Origin: Neoechinorhynchus agilis
Lineage: Eukaryota > Animalia > Acanthocephala
Length of the DNA stretch: 64,000 nucleotides
NCBI GenBank assembly: GCA_051530055.1
Contig: CM121342.1
Span: 1,956,797 to 2,020,796, forward strand
Direction of reading: 5' to 3'
Positions within the stretch are counted from its first letter, which is position 1; each line of letters starts with the position of its first letter. Shown here piece after piece: positions 1 to 10,017 of this stretch. Under the pieces are notes generated by a model that ran no database searches, was not told where the DNA came from, and worked only from the letters and a program-made list of their open reading frames with translations. Position numbers and translations under genes: made by a program.

Positions 1-119
1 TACATTCCATCGGATTAAGGATGACGCGCTCGAGATGAAATGATGAAATGATGAAATGCCCTCTTTAAATTAAGAAATCAAAGGATGAAAAATAATTTAA
101 TATTTCGAATTTTAAGCCA

Positions 120-430
120 TAAGATCATTCACACCACCGCTCTGGATCACTCAGCTGCCGTCCTGGTGTAGCGGTCGAAAGTACGGATGCAGCGTTCCCT
201 CGTTGCACAGCCAGACGAATGTTTTGTAGGAGGAATGCTCCTGATCTCGGATCGCCAGTGATTCGTCTCAATCGCTTGACCAGGTCCTGCGCTGCGGGAC
301 CAAACGACCCGAGCGTCTCGACGCCAAAGGGAATGAAATAATGATTTTGTCCTTCTGCGTTCCTCAGCGGCGGTTGCTGCCCCCTGGTTTAATGGTGGCG
401 AATTTTATGTTGTTGGCTGCGAACGCGTCC
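120..430 (-). mobile_element. CRE-clade non-LTR retrotransposon, degenerate 3' end (restriction-like endonuclease, RLE)
   Basis: Minus strand encodes frameshifted pieces including GAATAAE, the FGVETLGSFG equivalent and QNIRLAVQRGNAASVL, the C-terminal signature shared with the intact ORF at 3316-3804. Closely similar in DNA to 28960-29110. Confidence 0.8.
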
Positions 431-733
431 ACGCACGTAGCGTCCTACGTTAAACTAAGATCAAATCAATCACAGAAGCTTATATTTTGAAGAAATGAAG
501 GCAATGATAATTTTTGCTTCGCTGAATTTTAGAATGTTGACACTTTTATCGTTTAGTAGCATGATAATTATTTACATGCAAAATTTCGATAACAATTTTT
601 CTAAAGTGCAACAAATTACTTTTCGATATTATTTGTGATTATGATAGAAAATAACAAGCCAATAAAATCGACCCCTTTTCTTTCAAAAAATTGATACTGT
701 AAGTACTAGTTTTAGCCGCAATATAACCTCACT

Positions 734-1121
734 ATGCCAATTCCGTGCCTCAGTCAATTCTCTTTCGCTGTTGTTCAATCTTACGTTTTTGAACTTCACA
801 ACAGAATTTGCGATGAACTTAGACGTCAAAGATCGGTCAGTCTTGAGTTGCGGAATTATAATGTAGGATTCCCCATCAATAGAGAAAAAGTTCCAATCGT
901 TGTTCGGGTAAGTTTAAAAACTTTTAAATTTTATGACCGACTTCTTCGATTAGCTATTCGTTGAAAGATGGGAATATGTTGATGCTCACATCGAAGCTGT
1001 TCTTCAACCAGACAGATTGTTCGAGCCTCGTTTTGTCAGGATTCTGGCACGTCAATTTCATCCATCTGCTAATCTTCCAACTCCAACGGAAAATGGATAC
1101 ATTGTCCAGATGAGGCGATAA
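734..1121 (+). CDS. Small two-exon orphan gene (~113 aa); exons 734-907 and 954-1121
   Basis: ATG at 734. A GTAAGT...TTAG intron at 908-953 (46 nt, phase 0) joins ...KVPIVVR to LFVERWEYVDAHIEAVLQPDRLFEPRFVRILARQFHPSANLPTPTENGYIVQMRR* in frame. No family recognised. Confidence 0.55.
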
Positions 1122-1399
1122 AATTATTTATGAAAATTATTTTATCAACATATTAAGCTTATTTAACCAAATAAAATATTTAATCAAATTAATTTATGTT
1201 ACGATGTAAAATATTTTTTTGATTTAAAAATTTACGATCGCTTCGAACACAAAGAACTGATATGCTTTTATGACAAAATTTGAATCTACGCGGTCATCTG
1301 ATTATCCGTTGATTAATCAAATATTAACATTTTGTTTCTGTTTTCGTATTAACCCCAGGTCGAGATTTTCTGATGATATCATTTTTTATATTTAATATT

Positions 1400-2340
1400 T
1401 CAACGGCCGCTTTGTTTCAAAGAATAAGAGAGAAAACAGCTCCTTGGGGGACCCTCGTTGATTGCTAAGGTGTTCGAGGCGATGCTCCCTATTTCGATAA
1501 ATTGTAATCTATTGTTTAGAACGGATTTCAACCCTCAAAATTTAAGCATGCATCGAAAAGATTGGGTTTTGACCGACCGAATCAAAAACTTTCTGAATGT
1601 CGATTTGGATGAGTCGAGAGATAAATAAAGGTTGTGCGTCGAGATTACAAAAAAAATCTTAGATGCATAGAAGAGCATCCGTCCACGAAAAGAATAGATG
1701 AAATTATTCGATTGAACATTGACAGAAGGTGTGCTTTAAAGCATCCCTCGATTATATAAGCACGTATTTGTTATTTTAAAACACGACATCAGTCGACGAC
1801 GAAAAGTAAATCTACATGATATCTGGGCATTTAGCCATTAGAAAGTTTGCATTATTATACGTCTTTGTGAAAATATTCAACATTATATCGTGTATTTGGC
1901 AAAACTTGAGGTAAAACTATCTATAGCATTTTTCAAGTAAGCAGTTAAAACAAAAATGACGAGAAATCATGGATACAATTATCTCAAAAAATTTAACGCG
2001 CAACATTAGCATTGATATGTGATGTTTAGAACTCGCAATCAGCCGACGAGGAAACTGATATCTGCTTGAAATGTACGCATTTCGCTGTACAATCCAAACA
2101 TTTAAAAGCTTTACTGGAAATTCCCAACATGATTTCTGACATTTTTCAAGAAATGCAGTTAAATCATCTATAACTTGTGTCATATCTCGAAAAAATATTA
2201 AAGGGTGATATAAGCTTGGATTTGTGATTTGCGCAATTAATGATTCCTTAATTTGCAGATAGATTGTTAACTTTTCTTTGCTGATCAGCGTAATATTCAG
2301 CATTGTTTCGAACAATAGTAGTGCTTTGTTCCACAACTTG
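1400..2340 (-). mobile_element. Degenerate LINE-type reverse transcriptase remnant (domains ~0-4)
   Basis: Minus-strand frames give ISMLMLRVKFFEIIVS (RPISLL..K.FE-like), IQIDIQKVFDSV (LD..KAFD motif) and a frameshifted RGSPQGAV. Many stops. Confidence 0.6.
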
Positions 2341-2456
2341 ACGAGGAATATATTTTGTTTGGTGATGAGGAATTATAAATTAGAATCCTGAATAAAATAT
2401 AAATTTAGATAAAATGGCGGTAGAATAGTTTTATTCACTCCAAATGCTGCATGCAA

Positions 2457-2745
2457 TCAAAGCCTAATTCCATCCTCCACTTCGATACCGTCAATCACAT
2501 GTTTACGACGAGTGTATAAATTCTTTACGGTCGCAAAACACAATCCGGATGCAGTTTCATCTCTAACAAATAGACTTACCAAAAGTTCATTATCGTTCAT
2601 TGCTGAGTAACTGCATAAGAAGTGGGTGGAATAAGACCGTTTAGGAATTTTTTTGAAGAATGAGAGAGAACAGCCCCTTGGGGGACCCTCGTTGATTGCT
2701 GAGGTCTTCGAGGCGATGCTTACCATACGGGTTTTTGGCAATCAT
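2457..2745 (-). mobile_element. Second LINE RT remnant (domains 4-5), paralogous to 1415-1490
   Basis: Encodes QRGSPQGAVLS and, after a frameshift, MNDNELLVSLFVRDE (degenerate FADD). 2651-2720 is a diverged direct repeat of 1415-1486. Confidence 0.55.
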
Positions 2746-2790
2746 CTAGTTAAGTAATGATCAAACCCTTAGATCAACTTCCATCTAAAT

Positions 2791-3060
2791 GACCAGGTGT
2801 TCACGAAGACCAGGTGTTCATGAGGACAGGTGTTCACGAGGACCCAGAGGTACATGGTTCTTCTTTGATAAAATAAAAAATAAAACGTGTTATCAACGTG
2901 CTCAAAACGTATATTAGAGAAAGATAGCAGTTGCAATTGTTGATTTAAACAAAAAGTTATGAAATAACAAATACTTAAATTTGCTCGGTATTTATCTTTG
3001 TATCCCGCTCGTTCATCAATGATAAATATTTCCGGACACTTTCCTCGTTCCATTGTGCGT
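2791..3060 (-). mobile_element. Putative hAT transposon end with triplicated terminal motif
   Basis: Three tandem ~17-bp copies of GACCAGGTGTTCACGAA (2791-2840), then AGGTACATGGTTC...ATAAAACGTGTT, which matches 21293-21360 next to a clear hAT dimerisation-domain fragment. Confidence 0.45.
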
Positions 3061-3299
3061 CAAAACATACATTGATGATATTCCCTTTTCACAAAAGATT
3101 GTAGTCCGCCAGAGAAACCTATTCATCCGCTTCCTTGTTAACCAAATCGTGATGTATGATAAGACTTATAATATTAGTTGATAAACTTTGTGCCGTTGGC
3201 ACATTAAAGGTTGAAAAGCCCTAATTAGAATCATCATTCATAGTGATTGTCTTTTGCGTGACGGCTTCTTCTCAGGTATTCTTATAATATTGGTGACCA

Positions 3300-3810
3300 T
3301 AATCCCGGCCATAACATGGCGAGACACGCGGAGTTAAACAACATTATTAGCCGGACGCTCCACTCATTAAATGTCCTGACTCTATTAGAGCCGAACCACC
3401 TGTGTCGCTCAGATGGCAAACGTCCCGATGGGATGACCATATTCCCGTGGAAAGAGGGAAAATGCCTTATCTGGGACGCCACATGCGTCGATTCGTTAGC
3501 ACCCTCCAGCCGAAGTGATGCAATATCAGGACCGGGAGGAGCTGCGACGGCGGCCGAAAGGAGGAAGACAGCGAAATACGCTGAGCTGGAAAAGACTCAC
3601 CTATTCCTTCCTTTCGGTGTAGAGACAAATGGGGCGTTTGGAGTGTCGGCAAAGAAATTTTGCGCGGAGATAGGCCGACTACTCATAAAAGCCAGCGGAG
3701 ATCACAGACAAAGGAACTACCTCATCCAACGCTTGAGTGTGGCTATTCAACGGGGCAACACGGCAAGCGTGATAACAACGGCCCAATGGAGTGGCGCGGA
3801 ATGAGGGATA
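3300..3810 (+). mobile_element. CRE-clade element, 5'-truncated, intact RLE domain ORF (162 aa)
   Basis: RHAELNNII...EPNHLCRSDGKRPDG...WKEGKCLIWDATCVDSLAPS...PFGVETNG...IQRLSVAIQRGNTASV is the typical CRE/RLE PD-D endonuclease C-terminus. Confidence 0.9.
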
Positions 3811-3939
3811 TAATGAAAAATGTTTTTTTGGAAAAGAAAATTTCAACATAAATAAAAAATTAATATATTTGAAATATTTCGTGAGGTAACTCCGTCAATT
3901 CAGTCATCTAAAAAAGTTGTTAAATTTTGTGTTATATAG

Positions 3940-4960
3940 CTCAGGTGCACGGGATCGCTATTTCCGAAGTGCAGGGACCGTGTGTCGTTTTTGATTGATT
4001 TTTGACGCATCGCCATCCGATAATTTTATTTGCTCTCCTTCTACAAAATAAGGTCGCAGCCAAAATATGCACAATGTTGAAGTCTCTCGGTGATTGGAAA
4101 TGGCAGAAGAGTGCTCAATTCGGCTGCAAGTTTGCTTACTTCTTAATGCCCTGCATCGTTTGCCCGATACAGATTCTTCATTATCGAGTAGATCATTTGT
4201 CGCTTAAGTACATTTATAAAAAAACTTGTACACTTTTATGTTTTTATCAAAACAGTTTTTTGCGTTAAAGACAAGATGTACAATCTAAACCATAGCCGCG
4301 GAGTGTACATATCAAGCAAAAGATCAATTGCATTTGCCATTCTAAAATATTTGTGCAGGATCTACCGTACCTTAGACCCCGATTTCTAAGAGCATAAATC
4401 AAGATTCTATTACGCACGGAGATCAGTAATTTTCTTAAGATCATTGTTGATTGTTGTAGATTTGGTGAAATGTAAAATTTCGTGAGGAATCCTTTTTTCA
4501 TCATTCATCTAAAAAGGTTTTAGTTGTTTTCTATTAAATGGCTCTTGTCCACGGGATCGCCATTGCCAAAGCGCAAAAACGGTGTACTCCGTTCGAACCC
4601 CTGCGTTGTGTTGCGTTTCAAAGATTTTAACATAGTTTTGTTTCCTTCCATGGTGTTAGAAGTAGCGAGGTGTAATGCCTCAAGATCAGAGCGTCGTTTA
4701 AGGTTTTGCGTTCTCTGCGCGATGTTGCATTGCTCAAATCGGCACAGAATTGCTGACTGATGTTAGATGATCCTCTTATGATGCCGTGCATCGTTTGTCC
4801 TACCAGCATTTTATCACACTGAAAGCACTGTATTCTGTACACCCCTTGAGTCTTATTTGTGTCTCTTATTCTCCAAGTATTTGCGAGCGTGATCCTTTTA
4901 TTTTTGTACAACCTAACTCCCACCTTTGTCTTAAAAAATCGAGCGTATCATTTTAGTAGT
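3940..4960 (-). mobile_element. Two tandem diverged Penelope-like (PLE) fragments, RT thumb plus GIY-YIG
   Basis: 4627-4923 encodes QGVYRIQCFQCDKMLVGQT (GIY-YIG motif). The adjacent copy encodes ICIGQTMQG. The two share CACGGGATCGC ends at ~3948 and ~4550. Confidence 0.65.
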
Positions 4961-4983
4961 TTCATCGTTGATGAAGTTTGCGC

Positions 4984-5100
4984 TTTCGAAGCTAAACACA
5001 CTGCGGACGAAATTATGATGGGTGATCGGTACTTGCGTCTTTCGAAGCTAAACACACTGCGGACGAAATTATGATGGGTGATCGGTACTTGCGTCTTTCG
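4984..5100. repeat. 56-bp perfect tandem duplication
   Basis: TTTCGAAGCTAAACACACTGCGGACGAAATTATGATGGGTGATCGGTACTTGCGTC starts at 4984 and again at 5040. Confidence 0.9.
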
Positions 5101-6139
5101 ATTCATCAGTATATTATCCAGCGCGAATATCCACTTGCTATCAATTTTTCGAAGGTCCTTTTTCTCGCCTTATTCCATGCAAATTGAGTTGATGAGATCA
5201 TAAAAGCTCGTCCAAAATGGAAAGTATGAAAATGTTATCCATAGATTGTTTTTGGTCAGACGAAATCAAGAAAAGTGATTTAACTTGATTAATATTTCGT
5301 CATCTACGTGGGACTTCTTCAGATCTGCTTTATTAATAAGTCGACTATATGTCAAACATAGGAAGTGAATGCGGAAATTTTATACTTCATAGGTCGATGA
5401 CTAGACGTTCGGCTTCCGAAATAATCAAGTGAAAATTTTGCCAAGTGTTGAACGTTTAACCAAGACATCTAGAAACGAAATCTCGCCATCACCATTCTCG
5501 CTATAGACAGTTCACTGTGTGTGCATCTTGAATGTTCAGTACAGCATTTAAAGAGTCTTTGTTGTGGTTTAAATCGGCCACGAGAAAGTGGACTCCCCTA
5601 AGGTCAGAGCTAGTGACGATCCCATGGCTACCCCATTTGTTTGATCGTAAAAATAACCATTAAATTCAAAGGCAGTCATAATCGTGCACCATTGGTCGTT
5701 TTATTCAATGGGACATTGGCCAAGAAGGCGTTCACGTTGGCCGTAAACATTCTGTAGTGTACAATGTTTATGTTTCTAAACGCAATCGCAAACGTTAAAC
5801 CATCCTTAATGTGTGAAGCGGAGATTTGTAAAATTGATCTTAAAAATGCATTGATCTTTTTAGATGTGCGATGATTAACACACATATTGCAAGCTATAAA
5901 TAGACGGTATCGAGGGATGGGCTCGTGAATCGTCGGAAGGAGACAGAGAAGGCTCCCGCAGTTAATGATGATCTCGTCATATTGCTTATTGCTGACATTC
6001 TCTTGAGCGGACTCGTGATTGTCATCTCGTCTTTGTCGTTGAGAACTTTCTGGACACAAGTTATCCTGTCATAGGCCACTATGGAGTCCATGTTCAACTT
6101 GTCTAATGATATACTGAACTGCTGACTTTCCAACAAATA

Positions 6140-6575
6140 ATCCAGTTTCACGAACGTAGGTACTTACAAACATTGTCAATACCTTTTCATGGCATCTCGA
6201 TATTTGTAGAAAAACACCCGAAGAAATATATGTCATCCAGAACTCAATAGCGTATCTTTGTGTTTCTCAAGAATATTCATATTATGTTACATTTCAATTA
6301 TTTCAAGCTTTATTGCAACTTCTCCCAATAACTTCATATTTTTTGCTACGATGTAAATATCACACGTTAAATTATTCTCAACAAAAAGTTGCAATTCAGA
6401 CGGCGAATGTCTAACAAACGAGCAGAGAAATCCGATTTAAACTTTTCTGATGATATGCTGAAATGCCCACTTTTAACCAGATAATCAAGTTTCATAAACG
6501 TAGGTACATCCAAACATTGATAATATCTTTTAATAGCATTTCGATATTTGTGGAAATTCATCAAAAGAAATATAT
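6140..6575 (-). mobile_element. Two diverged hAT C-terminal dimerisation-domain fragments
   Basis: 6157-6270 is nearly identical to 21549-21662 (KVLTMFVSTY). A second diverged copy sits ~340 bp downstream at 6480-6575. Confidence 0.6.
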
Positions 6576-6599
6576 TTCAAACAAAACTACGGTTTTCCT

Positions 6600-6940
6600 T
6601 CATATCGATTCCGTGAAAGATCATCTTTCCGTTTCTACACTCTTGGATAATACCGCTACTGGGACCGCATGATTTCGTTAAGAGTATATCCATTATTAGC
6701 GAAAATTGCGTTCACTCCTTTTGAAGCCAATCGTTTCTCGGATAATGACGATATGCAAACCAGTGATGTTCTGTGCATCTCTGAGGATAATGGGAATCTC
6801 GATGTGATACCAACTGAAATCAGTGACCTGATTAACTTTGAAACATAAATGGAAAAATAGCCGATAATCCGATGGTTTGTCTTATGATATGGGTGATTTT
6901 GGTTTTTGACCGAATAAATGCCGGTTACCACGAGTAGCGA
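6600..6940 (-). mobile_element. PLE RT-thumb remnant
   Basis: ORF 6656-6931 encodes HPYHKT...LIRSLIS...AIFANNGY, matching the PLE HP..K...RSL...NGY pattern. Confidence 0.5.
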
Positions 6941-6964
6941 CGAAGACTTATTGAGTAAAATATT

Positions 6965-7160
6965 GATGTAACGGCTTATTCATGCGGCGGCTGCCTTGGT
7001 ATTTTGCCACAGCCATTTTCCAACAATATATGGATGATCTGCTTAATGAAATTCCTGGAGTCACAGTATATCTGGACAATGTCCTCATCACTGGAAAACA
7101 CAAGATGGAGATAATATATCGAGTTGGATTGCGATTAAATCGTGCCAAGTGCGTAGTACG
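6965..7160 (+). mobile_element. Ty3/Gypsy RT fragment
   Basis: RRLPWYFATAIFQQYMDDLLNEIPGVTVYLDNVLITG...GLRLNRAKC; the YLDD catalytic motif has decayed to YLDN. Confidence 0.8.
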
Positions 7161-7564
7161 GCTCTGTCTAACATTTAAAGGTCTCCTTTCAGAATTGAGC
7201 ATCCGTACTCAGCTTCTATTACTGTTGTCACTGTACAGAGCAAATTTCCATTCGGCCAAGTATTAATGGAATCGCCATGCGTCGAACATTATGGCTAACC
7301 CTTCTTATTCCCACTTGAGGATAATTCTTTTCTGGTCTTTTTAGGTGTCTGGATGCATATGCCACCTGAAACGGTTTCCCGTTGTGCGGTCTAAATTAGG
7401 ACCACCCGGGATATTTCTCACTCACATCGCACCACAGCATTGTTTCTATGCCCAGATTGAGGGTCTTAAAACTTGAGCGCACATCAATGAACTCCTAACT
7501 TCGTCAAAAGCCTCATCGTATTCTATGCTCCACTCTCATTTCTTACATTTGTTGATCAATTCAT

Positions 7565-8214
7565 TTAATACTTGACATTTGGATTGCAAGCCGGGAAGGA
7601 ATTTTTAGGAAATTTACGGTGCCGCGGCAGCGCTAAAATCGCATAAATTTTTGTATCACTCGGTCGCATATAATCGCAATGCAGGTTGTGGTCTAGGAAC
7701 TCAATCTTGTCCAGTAAGAAAACGCACTTGGCACGATTTAATCGCAATCGAACTCAATTCAATCTCCCCATCTTGTGTTTTTGCAGTGATGAGGACATCA
7801 TACAGATACACTGCAACCCCGAGAAAAATTATTTTATAAAGACATTCAATTTATTTAACGAATTTTTTATTCAAATTAGTTTATTTTGATATGACACGTG
7901 AATCGTCGATTGGCACACTTAATCCATTGTTCAAATCATCGGATAAGTATCGACAAATCGCTGGATATGTAAACCAAGATTTCCTTTACAATTGAACATA
8001 AATCCCTATTGTTTTTCACTCCCTTTCCAATATCGGCGATATATCTTTTTAAATTATCGTCCTCTTTAGATTGAACAACTTCGATAAAATACTCATCTGC
8101 TTGGATCTTTAATTTCTTTAGCTTACACATACATCGAGGTTCAACACAATTACGCATGTACGTTTCAAGTGTTTGTTCGCTTTCCAATCGATTTTGTTGA
8201 AGAATTTTCTCCAA
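7565..8214 (-). mobile_element. Inverted second copy of the same Gypsy RT, with a possible gag remnant at 7936-8214
   Basis: 7690-7830 is the reverse complement of 7050-7155 (GVAVYL.DVLITAKHK...LRLNRAKCVFLLDKIEFL). The gag call for 7936-8214 is weak and rests on position and composition. Confidence 0.6.
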
Positions 8215-8599
8215 GTTTAAAACAGACAGATCGTTAAATGAATACTTATAGCGCTGTTTTTAACATTAGAGTAGTTTCATAACTAAAGTTGTCAAAGAGA
8301 TTAGTCGATTTTTGAAATACGTGGAAGGTTAGATAGTTTTTACATTGTAACATTTTTTAGATTACTTAATGAGCTAAAATAGCTGAAAAAGAAAATTGAA
8401 TTCGATGCAAAAATATTACAGCACCTTTAGCATAAATGATCGAATGCTTGGAATTCATAACAATGTTATTTTTTTCAATTTGAGTATGAAAATTAAAAAG
8501 ACGTACGTGTTCCAAGCGATTTAAGAATTATATAAATTCAGATGGAAATTATTTTCCTTCGTACAGAAAGTTAAAAGCTTCCTCCAATCTGATACAGTA

Positions 8600-9500
8600 A
8601 GATTCCAGCCTTCATTATTTTCCAATCGCCCCAATTATGGCAGAAATCTACATGCGCCACTGGGAAGATGCCAATGTATGTAATTTCACATTTAAAATTA
8701 TGGCTACGATATGTTGATGATACATTTCTCCTCGTGAACAGCTCCATTGGCGAAGAGTAAATCTGTGACATTTTAAACCGTCCAGATTCTTCGATTCAGT
8801 GGAGTGTCGATGTGAATGAATGTCAATCATTTCCTTTCCTAGATGTCCTGGTTGGGCGAGCTAATGTTTTTAATACGAAGTTTTTTCGAAAACCTGGTAT
8901 CCCCAAGCAGCCTGTTCCATGGATATCTAATCTACCCAGCCAATAAAATTCAAAATTGGCAGAATGGTCGCACTATTTCGTAGGACCTACAATTACTAAT
9001 CAGAAATTGATTTTTTGAAAAAATTTTTAAAAAAAGAGGCTACCCGTATAAATATATCACACGTTGCATTCGAGGCATGAGCATTTGGAAAAAGACTCAA
9101 CCCCAAAAATTGGAGGACAAACGGTATATAAGCATTCCATTTGTGAACGACATTTGGAACGGAAAATTAAATAACCGTATCGTTAATGGATATGGTAACA
9201 AAAACATGAAGGCAGTTACTTATACGACAAAAAAACTCTCAGTGCCCTCATACGTTCTGCTCGTCTATACGACAGGACATTCCATCAATTTTGATACTGT
9301 CAAAATCTTGATGCGTAGTGACGATCGATATTCGCGTGTTATTGTTGAATTGATACACATTCACGATCGCAACACGATGGAAGGCAACCAAGCTGATTAC
9401 CAGTTGAAATTGCGGACTGGGGTTACCTAACCTCTCCTTGTTTTAGATATCCTGACGAAGACCCATGAAAGGGTCGAAAATTCGAATTCAATTGACAATT
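8600..9500 (+). mobile_element. Degenerate PLE: RT (YVDD), thumb, GIY-YIG tail and terminal hammerhead motif
   Basis: PIMAEIYM, KLWLRYVDDTFL, FPFLDVLV..KFFRKP, YISIPFV and GHSINFDTVKIL...ELIHIH. The GIY-YIG core itself is deleted. Confidence 0.85.
9452..9489 (+). ncRNA. Minimal hammerhead ribozyme core at a PLE end
   Basis: CUGACGA-A-GACCC(AUGAAA)GGGUC-GAAA-AUUCGAAU-UC: both conserved boxes, a 5-bp stem II, palindromic stem III and a UUC triplet. Stem I pairing is poor. Confidence 0.6.
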
Positions 9501-10017
9501 TTATTTAATTTTAATAAATTCACCAATCTTTAAGATATCATTTCTTAAATTTAATATTTTAACAGCCGTTTGTTGCAATATAAAATCATTTGGATTTTTA
9601 TAGTCAGTTTCATCTTTATAAGATTGCTATCAAGTCAATTGTGCGAGTGAGTGTAATATTTGCCTTGAATATTAATAATAATTTTTTATTATTGACAAAC
9701 TTGCATAATTTTTGCTTCTTGGTTGAAGACGTTAAATAAAGTGTTGAGAATATCCAGAAAGGTAGATTGAATTTTTACGGTGGAGTTTTTAAAGATTGCA
9801 TTCAAATAGACTACAATCTTTTAGTAACAAAAGATTTCCTAAGTGCGATTTTTCATTTTTTCGTAAGGAGAAAACATAGACTTGACATCGTGTCTTAGGG
9901 GAATTTTTAACAAAAGGTGTCTTTGGTGTTGGGTGTCTCGAGACAAAAAATGCCATCCCGCCCATTGTCGTTAGTACATATAGGACAAGTGCGCTAAAAG
10001 TTTGACAAATTTTTTGA

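Noticed and set aside
5100-5500. Helitron/PIF1 helicase remnant (REYPLAI)
   Set aside because: Only a few residues resemble the motif and no other helicase motifs are present.
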